Shown: positions 13,060 through 23,574 of the stretch, piece after piece
Layout of the letters: the number at the start of each line of letters is the position of its first letter
Numbering within the stretch: the first letter of the stretch is position 1
Notes under the pieces: generated by a model
Seen by the model: only the letters and a program-made list of their open reading frames with translations
The model's database searches: none
Told to the model about the DNA's origin: nothing
Made by a program: the position numbers and the translations under genes
Assembly: GCF_963921235.1 (NCBI RefSeq)
Contig: NC_086097.1
Location: forward strand, 192,574,001 to 192,638,000
DNA: 64,000 nt
Origin: Mobula hypostoma
Taxonomy: Eukaryota
Direction of reading: 5' to 3'

Positions 13060-15883
13060 TTCTGCACGGTAGGATTTAAACTAGAGTTTCAGGGGATGGG
13101 AACTAAAATACCAGAACGATTGGTGGAGAGGCTGTGGAGGCAAGACTCAGATAAATGTTATATGGTTATATGGTTAAAGATAGAAATCCAAAGTTTGTGT
13201 GGGGCAACTAGTGTCCTGAGCAGTCTATATTTCAATGCAAAGTATCGTAGGAAAGGCAGATAATAGTGTTGAAGGTGAGGTAGCTGGATTACAATCAAAG
13301 GTAATGTGTAGTGAGGAGAGACTGTTGATAGGGCAAAATTGCAGTCAGTAGAATGAGCTGCAATGTAAAAGGCAGGCAAAGTCGAAAAGGATGAGTACAG
13401 GACTGAGGGTGTTATATTTGAATGTGCACAGTATACAAAATTAAGTAGATGACCTTACAGCACAGATGCAAATTGGCAGGTATGATGTTATAAGCATGAC
13501 TGAATCATGGCTGAAAGAAGATTATAGCTCAGAGCTTAGTGTCTAAGGATACACATTATATCGAAAGGACAGGCAGGAATACAGAACTCCGTTGGTAAAA
13601 AATGAAATCAATTCATTAGAAAGAGGTGACGTAGGATTAGAAAGTGTTGAATCATATTAATGGGGGACTTCAATATGTAGGTAGAATGGGAAAATCAGGT
13701 TGGTGCTGGATTCCAGGAGGGGGAATTTTTAGAATACCTTTAAGAGTTTGTTAGAGCAGCTTGTGGTTGAGCCCACTAGGGGATCAGTTATTCTGGATCG
13801 GGTATTGTGCAATGGACCAGAAATCATTAGAGAGCTTAGGTAAAAAATCCTAAGGGGAAATGATCATAAATGACCAAATTCACCCTGAAATTTGAGAAGG
13901 AGAGGTTAAAGTCAGATGTATCAATATTACAGTGGAGTAAAGGGAGGCATGAGAGAGGGGTTGGCCAGAATTGATTGGAAAAGAACACTGAAAGGGATGA
14001 TGGCAGAGCAGCAATGGCTGGATTTTCTGGAAGCAATTGAGATGCCACAGGATATATACGTCCCAAAAGGGAAGAAGTATTCCAAAGGAACGAGGACACA
14101 ACTGTAGCTAACAAGAGAAGGCAAAGCCTACATAAAAGCCAAAGAGAGGGCACATAACAGAGAAAAAATTAGTGCGTAGTTAGACGATTGGGAAGATTTT
14201 CAAAACCAACAGAAGGCAACTAAAAATGTCATTAAGGAGGTAAAGATAGAAAACAAAAGTAAGATAGCCAATAATATAAAAGAGGATACATGAAGTATAA
14301 AAGAGAGGCAAAAGTGGATATCGGACCAGTGGAAAACAATGCTGGAGAGGGAGTAATGGGGGATAAGGAATTGGTGGATGAACTGAATAAGTATTTTGTG
14401 TCAATCTTCACTGTGGAAGACACTATCAGCATGGTGGAAGTCCCAGGTGTCAGGGGTCATGAAGTGTGTGAAGCTACTATAACTAGAGAGAAGGATGTTG
14501 GGAAACTGAAAAGTCTGAAGGCGTATAAGTCACCTGGACCAGATGATATTCACTCTAGAATTGTGAACAAGGTGACTGAAAAGATCATGGAGGCATTAGT
14601 AATGATCTTTCAAGAATCACTATATTATGGAATGTTTCCTGTCAAAAATCTTGCCTGACAAACCTTTTGGAAGTATTTGAAAAAATAACAAGCAAGATAG
14701 ACAAAGTGAATTGGTTGATGCTGTGTACTTGGATTTTCAGAAGGCATTTGACAAGGTGCCACACATGAGGCTGTGCAACAAGCTACAAACACGTGGTATT
14801 ACAGGGAAGATTCTAGCATGGATAAAGCAGTGGCTGATTGGCAGGAAGCAAAGAGTGGGAATAAAGGCACCCTTTTCCCGTTGGCTGCTGGTGACTAGTG
14901 GTGTTCCACAGGGGTTTGTGTTGGGACCAATTCATTTTACATTATATGTCAATTATGTTGATGATGGAATTGATGGCTCTATTGCAAATGATGTGAAGAT
15001 AGGTTGAGGAGCAGGTAGTTTTGAGGAAGTAGAGAGGCTGCAGAAGGACTTAGAAAGATTAGACAGAAATTGCAGATGGAATACAATGTTGGGAAGTGTA
15101 TGCTCATGTACTTTGGTAGAAGAAATGAGAGGGTTGACTTATTTCTAAGTGGAGAGAATATACAAAATACTGAGGTGCAAAGGGACTTGGGGATTCCTGT
15201 GCAGGATTCCCTAAAGGTTAATTTGCAGATTAAGTCTGTGGTGAGAAAGGCAAATGCAATGTTAATATTCAATTCAAGAGGTCTAGAATATAAAAGCAAA
15301 GATATAATGTTGAAGCTTTATAAAGCACTGGCCAGTCCTCACTTCAAGTATTGTGAGCATTTTTGTGTCCCTTATCTCAGAAAGAATGTGCTGAATCTGG
15401 ACAGGATTCAAAAGAGGTTCACAAAAATGATTCCAGGATTGAATGACTTGTTGTATGAAGAGTGTTTGATGGTTCTGGGCCTGGATTGGCTGGAATTCAG
15501 AAGAATTAGGGTGACCTCATTGTATTCTATCAAATGTTGAAAGGCCTTGAAAGAGTGGATGTGGAGAGGGCATTTCCTATGGTGGGAGAGTCTGGGACCA
15601 GAGGACACAGCCTCAGAATATCTAGAATGGAGATGAGAAGGAATTTCTTTAGCCAGGGAGTGGTGAATCTGTGGAATTAATTGCCACAGGCAGCAGTGGA
15701 AGCCAAATCTTTATGTATATTTAAGGCAGAGATAGAAAGATTCTTGATTGGTTAGGGCATGAGGGATATGAGGGGAAGGCTGGAGATTGGGGCTGACAGG
15801 AAAATTGGATCAGCGATGGTGAAATGGCAGAGCAGACTCAATTGCCAAATAGTTATACTGCTCCTATATCTTATGGTCTTATG
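13060..15883 (+). mobile_element. CR1 LINE (ORF1 end, endonuclease, RT, 3' tail), decayed with deletions
   Basis: ORFs 14290..14658 (KSPGPDDIH), 14711..15007 (YLDFQKAFDKVPH, SGVPQG), 15070..15540. Tail TCTTATGGTCTTATGG at ~15868-15883. Confidence 0.9.
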
Positions 15884-15889
15884 GAATAG

Positions 15890-17100
15890 TCCGCATGGCT
15901 TGTTTTGCAGGAGAGGTCACATTTTGCATAATTGATTGACTCTTTTGAGGAGGTGAAGAAGACATTTGATGAGGGTAGGACTGTGGATAGTGCATACATG
16001 GACATAAATAAAGCTTTTGACAATGGTTGCAGGAAGGGCTGAAGATTAAGGCATATGGAATTCCCAGAGACTTTAGTAAATTGGATTAAAAATTGGTTTG
16101 GCCATAGAAGACAGAGATGAAGGGGTTTTGTTCTAATTAGTTCTTCAGAGATCTGTGCTGTGATTTTCATTGTTTGTGATATATGTTAATGATTTGAATG
16201 AAAATATAGGCTAATTACTCTAATTAATAAGTTTGTTGATGGCACATAAAATGGAATTGCGAATAGTGAGGCAGTAAAGTGGAAGATGAAAATTAATCTG
16301 AACAAGCATGAGATGTTTCACTTAGGGAGGTCAAAAGTACAAGGAAAGTACACAGTAATTGCTGTACCCTTGGAAGCTTTGATATACAAGGAGATTTTCG
16401 GGTGCAGGTCCATAGCTCCTTGAAAGTGACAATACAAGTGGATAGAGTGGTCAAGAATGCATACGGCATTCTTACCTTCATTGGTCATGGAATTGAGTAG
16501 AAAACTGGGGAGATGATGCTGAATTTGTATGCCTTGGTTAGACCACATTTGGAGTATTTTGTATCGTTCCAGTTGCCTTATTGTAGGTTTGATATGAAAG
16601 CTTTGGAAAGGATGCAGAAGTTCACCAGGAAGTTGCCTGGATTACCGAGTATTAGTTATAATGAAAGGTTGGACAAACCTGAATTGTTTTCTCTGGAATG
16701 TCAGGGGCTGATTGGGAAATCTGATAGAAGTATATAGAATTATGGGATGCTTAAAGAGAGTAGAGTCTTTTCTCCCCAGGGCGAAAATGTCAAACAATGC
16801 AGGGCACTGCTTTAAGGAGAGAGGGACAAAGTTTAAAGGAGATTCATGAGACAAGGTTTTTTTTTACAGGTATAAAATGAGGATAGCAGGTGCCTGGAAC
16901 ATGCTTCCAGGGGAAGTGGTAAAAACAGATATTTTAGCAACATCTTGGAGGCATTTAGACACACATAACAAAGAAGGGAACAGAAGGGGAACAGAATATG
17001 TGTAGGCAGATGTGCAGTTTAAATTGACATTGTGGTTTGCACAGTTATTGTGAGCTGAAGGCCCAGTACCTGTGCTTCACTATTCTATTTTCTGTGTTCG
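15890..17100 (+). mobile_element. Older CR1 LINE 3' half
   Basis: YMDINKAFD, LVRPHLEY, ALERMQKFTRKLPGL; CR1 3' UTR ending TATTCTATTTTCTG. Confidence 0.8.
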
Positions 17101-18274
17101 ATGATCTTATTGAGCAGGCTAATGGGCTGTGTAGTCTATTGCTCCTATTTCTCATTTTCTTATTATTTCATTCTGTCTGTTTCACGTTATCAAGAAAGCC
17201 GTTAATTATTAATTATAACTGTTTCACACTAAGATAATTAAACAATGTTGTATATTTGTTTAATATTGACTTGCTTAGCATATTTACTAAAATAGAAAGT
17301 AATAATATGTCAAGCAGAAACTGATCCTGATGGGCCAGTGACAAACTGTCCAAAAATCTGCTTGTATAGTTGCCTTTTATGAATCAACTGACATCAGGTG
17401 AGTACTATTCTAATCCAAAACAGTAAGATTCTGTGCAACAAATGTTAAACAATTAAAATATTTAATTAGAGTCAAGTAATTCATTAGAAAATAAACTATT
17501 TAGTATGTGCCCTTCCCCCACAAAAATCCGAACTTTGCGGCAATTACAGGGAAAGCTGTTAAGTTTGGAACAGCCAGCAAGCACTGATCCACAAATAGCT
17601 TAATCACCCAGACAGTAATTTGTTTTGCAATATTAACTAGTTACACAAATGAAAAAACTGACAGAACTAGGCAGCAGGTCAGACAATACAGGAATTATAA
17701 AGTTGGATCAATATTTCTACAAGGAAGTTGAAGACTTCCTTCACAATAAATTTTAAAAGTGAGCTGTGGCTTAGAAACAGAAGTTCAAGTTTGTAAGTTA
17801 CTTGAGCAAAAAGACTTACTGAGTTCAGTAGACTAAAGTGCTGAAAATGGGCTAAAATACTCTACACTGCACAAAGTGCATGTCTGTCAGAGATATGAAA
17901 AGAGGAATAATATTCAAGGAAGAAGAAATTTGCATTTGGATGTCAGTAACAAAAAACGTGATCAGGTTAAATGTAGGATGAGCTTGGCTCTTTGTGTTCA
18001 GTTCCAGGATTCTGAAAGAGGTAGCTGAAGAGATTGGGGAGTCATTATTAATGATCATTCAAGAATCACTAGATTCTGGAATAGTTCTAGAGGACTGGAA
18101 AATTGCAAATATCACTCCACTCTTTAAAAAGGGAAGGAAGCAGAAAAAAGGAATTTATAGGCCATTTAGTCTGAAGTCAATACTTGGGAAGATGTTGGAG
18201 ACCTTATTAAGGGTGAGGTTTCGAGATACTTGGATGAATATGATGAAATGGGCCAAAGTCAGCTTTTCCTTAAG

Positions 18275-18754
18275 GAACTGTGTACATACATCTATTGATG
18301 CTTCTGGACACATCTTCAGTGATGTTCCTGGAATCATCGGGTGTTTCGGTCTTTCAACATCATACATCCTCCTCCAGGTGACCCAGCCGGGGCTGATCAG
18401 ACCCCAGCTTGTGTCCAGATGGCTAGCTACTTAGGACTCCATGGCTCCCCTCTTTTAATCCACAGCCATCTTGAGGCCCTCTCTGCCGCATCGGTGGTAC
18501 TGCGGATGGCTCTTCTCTTCCTCTCTCCCTCAATGCCCAAAATGCTGTAGGCTCTAACTAAAGAACGGGCTATGAATCCCCTACAACCAACCTCCACTGG
18601 GAGACACCTCGCTCTCCATCCAGCCTGCTGACAGTTGCTGACCAGTCCTGCGTACTTGAAGAGCTTCCTTTCAAAGGCCTCTTCAAAGCTATCTTCCCAT
18701 GGGACTGTCAGCTCCAGCAGCACCACTTGCTTAGTAGACTCAGACACCAAGACA
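18275..18754 (-). mobile_element. Hero-type (R2 superclade) non-LTR element 3' fragment with restriction-like endonuclease domain
   Basis: ORF 18427..18750 KQVVLLELTVPWED.FEEAFERK..KY..L...PVEVGCRGF, typical of RLE domains. It interrupts the host CR1 at CCTTAAGG|AAAATC. Confidence 0.8.
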
Positions 18755-19361
18755 AAAATCTTGTCTACAAATCATTTGCCATTTTTCCAGGAAATAACAG
18801 GCAGGATACACAAAGAATAGTGAGTGAACTTTGTTTACTCGGATTTTCAGAAGGCCTTTGACAAGGTGCCGCACATGTGGCTGCTTAACAAGATAAGAAC
18901 ACATGGTATTATAGGAAAGATACTTGCATGAATAGAAGATTGGCTGACTGGCAGGAAGCAAAGTGTGGGAATAAAGGGGACCTTTTCTTGTTGGCTGCCA
19001 GTGGTGTTCCACATAGGTGGGTGTGGGGACTGCTTCTTTTCACATTATATGTCAATGATTTGGATGACAGAATTGATGAGTTTGTGGCCAAGTGAGTGGA
19101 TGATATGAAGAAAGGTGGAACAGCAGCTAGTGTTGAGGAAATAGGGACTCTGCAGAAGGACATGGACAGATTGGGATGATGTGGAAAGAAGTGGCAGATG
19201 GAATATTGTGCAGGGAATGGTATAGTTATGCATGTTGGTAGAAGGAACAAAAGCATAGACTATTTTCTAAACAGGGAGAAAATTCAAAAATGTAAGGTGT
19301 AAGACTTGGAGATATTGTACCGGGATTCTGAAAGGTTAACTTGCAGGTTCAGTCGGTGGTA

Positions 19362-20005
19362 CTTGGCAAAAGATGGCGGCACGACACAGCTCATAGCGGC
19401 CACTATGGTGGTGATGTCTGTTATTTGTCAAGAAGGGTGCTGTGCCCAATCCTGATTTGATGGAGACGGACGTGAGAGCACGGAGGAAAATCTGGTGAAA
19501 CTTCAGAAATGCCTGCTTCGCTGCTGCTGCTACTGTGTGGTCCAGAATCTCTGGAGGCGAAGGCCCCGAGTCCTTGGCTTTGTTTTTTGCTCGCTGGCCA
19601 GGGCGGGGTCGAAGTGCTTGGCAGAGGATGGTGCTCGGAGAGGCTGGTCGGAGGCTCGAAGTTTTCGGACGGACTCAGAGTCCACTGCGGTCGGGTGCTT
19701 CCAATGGTGCTGCATCGGCGAGTTGGCGGCGCTTAGAGGTTCATGGCAGGAAGAGTTCCTCCCTTCTGCTGCCTGCGTGAGATGATGAGTCTATCGGGAC
19801 TTTGAGACTTTTTTTTTTACCGTGTTCATGGTCTGTTCTTTATCAAAAATGGTGTTGCTTTGCACTGTTGTAACTATATGTTATAATTATGTTGTTTTGT
19901 CAGTTTTAGTCTTGGTTTGTCCTGTGTTTGTGATATCATTCTGGAGGAACATTGTATCATTTTTTAATGCATGCATTTCTAAATGACAATAAATGGAAAC
20001 TGAAC
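19362..20005 (+). mobile_element. Young non-autonomous retroposon with Rex-type 3' tail
   Basis: Starts ...AAAAGATGGCGG, CpG-rich body, ends ATGACAATAAA...ACTGAAC. 5-bp TSD TGGTA at 19357-19361 and 20006-20010 inside CR1. Confidence 0.7.
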
Positions 20006-20899
20006 TGGTAAGGAAAACTAATGTAATGTTAGCATTCATTTAGAGGGGACTAGAATTTAATACCAAGAATGTAATACTGAGACTTTATAAGGCATTGGTC
20101 AAACCACACAGGGTAGAGTGAGTAGTTTTTGGCCCATTTCTAAGAAAAGATGTGCTGGCATTGGAGAAGATCCAATGGAGGTTTACGTGAATGAAAGGGT
20201 GAACATCTGAGGAGTATATGAAGGCTCTGGGAATGTGCTCACTGGAGTTTAGAAGAATGAGGGGTGATTTCATTGAAAGCTATTGAGTATTGAAAGGCCT
20301 AGATAGAATGGATTGGAGAGTATGCTTCCTATAGTAGGTGAGTCTAGGAGCAGAGGGCACATCCTCAGGATTGAAGGATATCCATTTAGAACAGATACAA
20401 GAAGGAATTTCTTTAGCCAGAGGTTGTGAATCTGTGAAATTCATCGCCAGAGATGGCTTTGGAGGCCAAGTCACTGATTATACTTAAAGTGGAGATTGAT
20501 AAGTTCTTGATTAGTCAGAGTCAAAGGTTACGGGGAGAAGGCAGGAGAATAGGGTTGAGACGGATAACAAATCACCCATGATGGAATGGTGGAGCAGACT
20601 TGATGGGCCAAATAGTCTAATTTTGCTCCTATGTCACATGGTCTTATGGTCTTAATCACTTCCACAGGAGACTATGGTACCGATATGGAGATAATGCAGC
20701 TCCAAGTGATAGATTTTGGAGGCAAGAGTGCTAGCAATTCTTTCTTTATCTTAGACTGCACTCCAGAATCAAGGATGACTTGTTTTCACTCCTGTTTTGT
20801 GGCTTCTGAGTTACCTGATGTAGTGCAATAAACAACCTACTGGAAGAAGAGAGCAGTGTGAGCAGCACCTGTAAGGGGGGAAAGGAATCTTTTAATGTT

Positions 20900-21600
20900 C
20901 TATTGCATCTATTGCGTCTATTGCATCTGATGCTCCCAGTGCGGCCTCCTCTACATCGGTGAAACCCGACCCAGATTGGGGGACCGCTTCGGTGAGCACC
21001 TCCGCTCCGTCCACCACAACAGACAGGATCTCCCAGTAGCCACCCACTTCAACTTTGCTTCCCACTTCCATTCAGATATGTCCATACATGGCGTCCTCTA
21101 CTGCCATGATGAGGCTAAACTCAGGTTGGAGGAGCAACACCTCATATACCGTCTAGGTAGTCTCCAGCCCCTTGGTATGAACATAGAATTCTCCAACTTC
21201 CGGTAATCCCCTCCCCCTCCCTTTCCCTATCCCTATGTCACTCTGCCCCCTCCCCCAGCTGCCTATCACCTCCCTCATGGTTCCACCTCCTTCTACTAGC
21301 TGTTGTGTTTTCCCCTATTCCTTCTTCACCTTTCCTGCCTATCACCTCCCTGCTTCCCCTCCCCCACCCCTTTATCTTTCCCCTTACTGGTTTTTCACCT
21401 GGAACTGACCAGCCTTCTCCTTCCCACCCTCCCCGCACCTTCTTTATAGGGCCTCTGCCCCTTCCCTCTTCAGTCCTAACAAAGGGTTCCAGTCCGAAAC
21501 GTTGACTGATCGTTTCCACAGATGCTGCCCGACCTGCTGAGTTCCTCCAGCGTGTTATAAGTGTTGTTTTGACCCCAGCGTCTGCAAATTATTTTGTGTT
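20900..21600 (+). mobile_element. Penelope-like element 3' part (GIY-YIG plus terminal repeat, decayed hammerhead at 21471-21508)
   Basis: LLYIGET..RLGDRFGEH...LEEQHLIYRLGSLQP.GMNIEF. 13-bp TSD ATCTTTTAATGTT at 20887-20899 and 21601-21613. Confidence 0.92.
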
Positions 21601-21664
21601 ATCTTTTAATGTTTAGTGCCCCAATATCTCCTTAATATAATACCTGGGCCTTTATAGAGGATCA

Positions 21665-21915
21665 TTGAAGTTCACCATGTTGGCTGGTCTGAAATCACAT
21701 ATTGTTCAAAGCAGGTAAAGGAGTTGGTTCCCTTTTCTGAATAGAATTAATGAATTAAATAGATATTTAAATTCAATCCCATTAGATTCATGATCATGGT
21801 CACCCACAAAGGTTTATTTTTATTCCAGTTTACTTAATTAGTTTATGTAAACTCACCACTACCGCAGTGGATTTGAACTCATAGCACTGGATTGGCAGTC
21901 CAGATGCTTAACACC
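21665..21915 (-). mobile_element. Old tRNA-derived SINE remnant
   Basis: B-box-like GTGGATTTGAACTC (plus strand) and AT-rich body resembling chondrichthyan SINEs. Confidence 0.35.
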
Positions 21916-21968
21916 TAATCCATCAATGTCATTGTGTTTTCCCCTATTCCTTCTTCACCTTTCCTGCC

Positions 21969-23018
21969 AACTAGTACCCCAACAATAAACTGCAATGAGA
22001 TTATCCATAGAACTTAAAATAATAAAGTGGAGAAACAGGATTTAGCTAGAAATAATCCGTGATAAAAGATAAAAGAAGTAGGGTATCGCAATTACAAGAT
22101 AAGGAATAAGGATAGCATATAGACTTGCATATAATCACAACTATGAATCCAATGTCTAAGTGAGCAGAGAAAGCTTTTTGTAGCGAATCATAAATCAGTA
22201 AAAATATTCTGAGGGTTACAAGGCAATAAAAAGTACTTGGTTAATAGATAGTACGATAAACATTGGAGAGAATGTATCCGGCAATTAGAAAGATGATTAG
22301 ATTATGATCAAGGATGCAGATTCCGGCAGTATCCGGCAATTAGAAAGATGATTAGATTATGATCAAGGATGCAGATTCCTGCTGAAGGGTTGATGATAAT
22401 CACACATCCTCCTTCTGGCTCATAAGCATGATAGAGAAACACGTACATATTGGATCTGATTGCTATCACCTTTACTAAGCTGTTGAGTTTCTCAAGGCCC
22501 TGCTCACAGCCATTACATCCAATGGCTGTTAAGGTCTGTGGTACAGTCTTATTAACATATTCAAACTTCTGATCTGCTTCTTAATAACATTTTCTTATTT
22601 TTCGCCCAAAAGCCCTGTTCAAAATGGAATGAAGCCCTTTCATAGAATATTAAAAACAGATTGCCCATCTCCAGTGATTTACTGACTGTTCTCCCACCCA
22701 TTGTGGTAGAGGGAATAACGTTAAAATAGTTAATCCATTGATTTTGCTCTTTTCATGCAAATTTACCTATCATCTGTAATTAATCTTTATCTATTAATGG
22801 ATTAGCTTTTATAGTTTTGGCTGTGGACTTTGAGGGACTTATTCCTGGTTTTGGTGGTGTTGTGAATCATTTTACACTTTTATGAACAGATAAGAAATTA
22901 AGCAGTAGCAATTCCTACCCTACCAAATATGGACCATTAATCTGCCTGGGGAAAAATTAATCTTTTAGGTTTTGAGTAATATGATACCTAATCCACCGTG
23001 CTGAAATTAAACTGAGCT
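21969..23018 (-). other. Unassigned segment: decayed ORF, purine tract and TG start; candidate retroviral 3' accessory gene/LTR
   Basis: Minus frame 22766-22308 (153 codons, 2 internal stops). AGAAGGAGGA (22416-22407) directly followed by TGTGTG. 51-bp duplication downstream. No recognised homology. Confidence 0.3.
22274..22379. repeat. Perfect 51-bp direct duplication (22274-22324, 22329-22379)
   Basis: GTATCCGGCAATTAGAAAGATGATTAGATTATGATCAAGGATGCAGATTCC occurs twice, separated by GGCA. Confidence 0.95.
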
Positions 23019-23029
23019 AATGTAAGATA

Positions 23030-23515
23030 GCCGGGGTCCGTTGTCGAGTGGTCGGTGACTTGGGCCGGCTCCCCCATCGGACTTAGTCTGGTGAGGAGGG
23101 TGTGAGGACACCCAGCAGGACTAAAGAAAACAAGACCTAACAAAGGGTGGATGAGCTCCTTGTGAGCCAACGGCCATCTTCCATGGAAGAGATTAAAGCC
23201 TCATCACCTATCTATGAATTGTATGCTATGCACCTAGTTAGAGGAGACATGATGAACTTGGGTGCTGCACCGTATGTCTGGACCTGCCCAAGGACTTCGC
23301 CTAACGAAGGGCCGAGCTCGAAGAAGCGACCGTGGCTGGAGGCCGATATGGCCTCGGGCTCGAGTTCAGCGGGGCGGCAGTGGGCGGTGCCAAGGCGGCC
23401 AGTGAGAACAAACTGAAGGAGAGGCTGTACTCGGTGCTGTCGCAAGATCGAAGAAGATGGAGGTGCATAGCCGCCAACCCTGGATTTGGGATGGCACCTA
23501 CTGGCTGACTGACTG
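23030..23515 (+). mobile_element. Non-autonomous RTE-derived (bipartite) retroposon
   Basis: GC/CpG-rich. The 3' end encodes QDRRRWRCIAANPGFG, resembling the RTE ORF end QDRSTWKTMVTKVCIGYG, followed by (CTGA)n. TSD AATGTAA(G/A)ATA at 23019-23029 and 23516-23526. Confidence 0.65.
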
Positions 23516-23574
23516 AATGTAAAATATTACTGATAGTAGCAGCATTCTAATGACTCTAAAACATGGAATTATGA

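Larger units (their letters stand above)
17990..20653 (+). mobile_element. CR1 LINE 3' half hosting two nested insertions
   Basis: ORF 17994.. RILKEVAEEI, EDWKIANITPLFKKG; DFQKAFDKVPH; tail CATGGTCTTATGGTCTT at ~20637-20653. Confidence 0.88.

Noticed and set aside
17315..17405. Strong splice donor CAG/GTGAGT
   Set aside because: No good upstream acceptor or recognisable open frame; such motifs occur by chance.
18290..18360. GAAAC and CTGAAGA in the Hero 3' UTR (minus strand) as a permuted hammerhead
   Set aside because: No stem III with a UH cleavage site could be formed.
22274..22379. Direct repeat as a CRISPR-like array
   Set aside because: Only two units with a 4-bp gap, vertebrate context, no cas genes.
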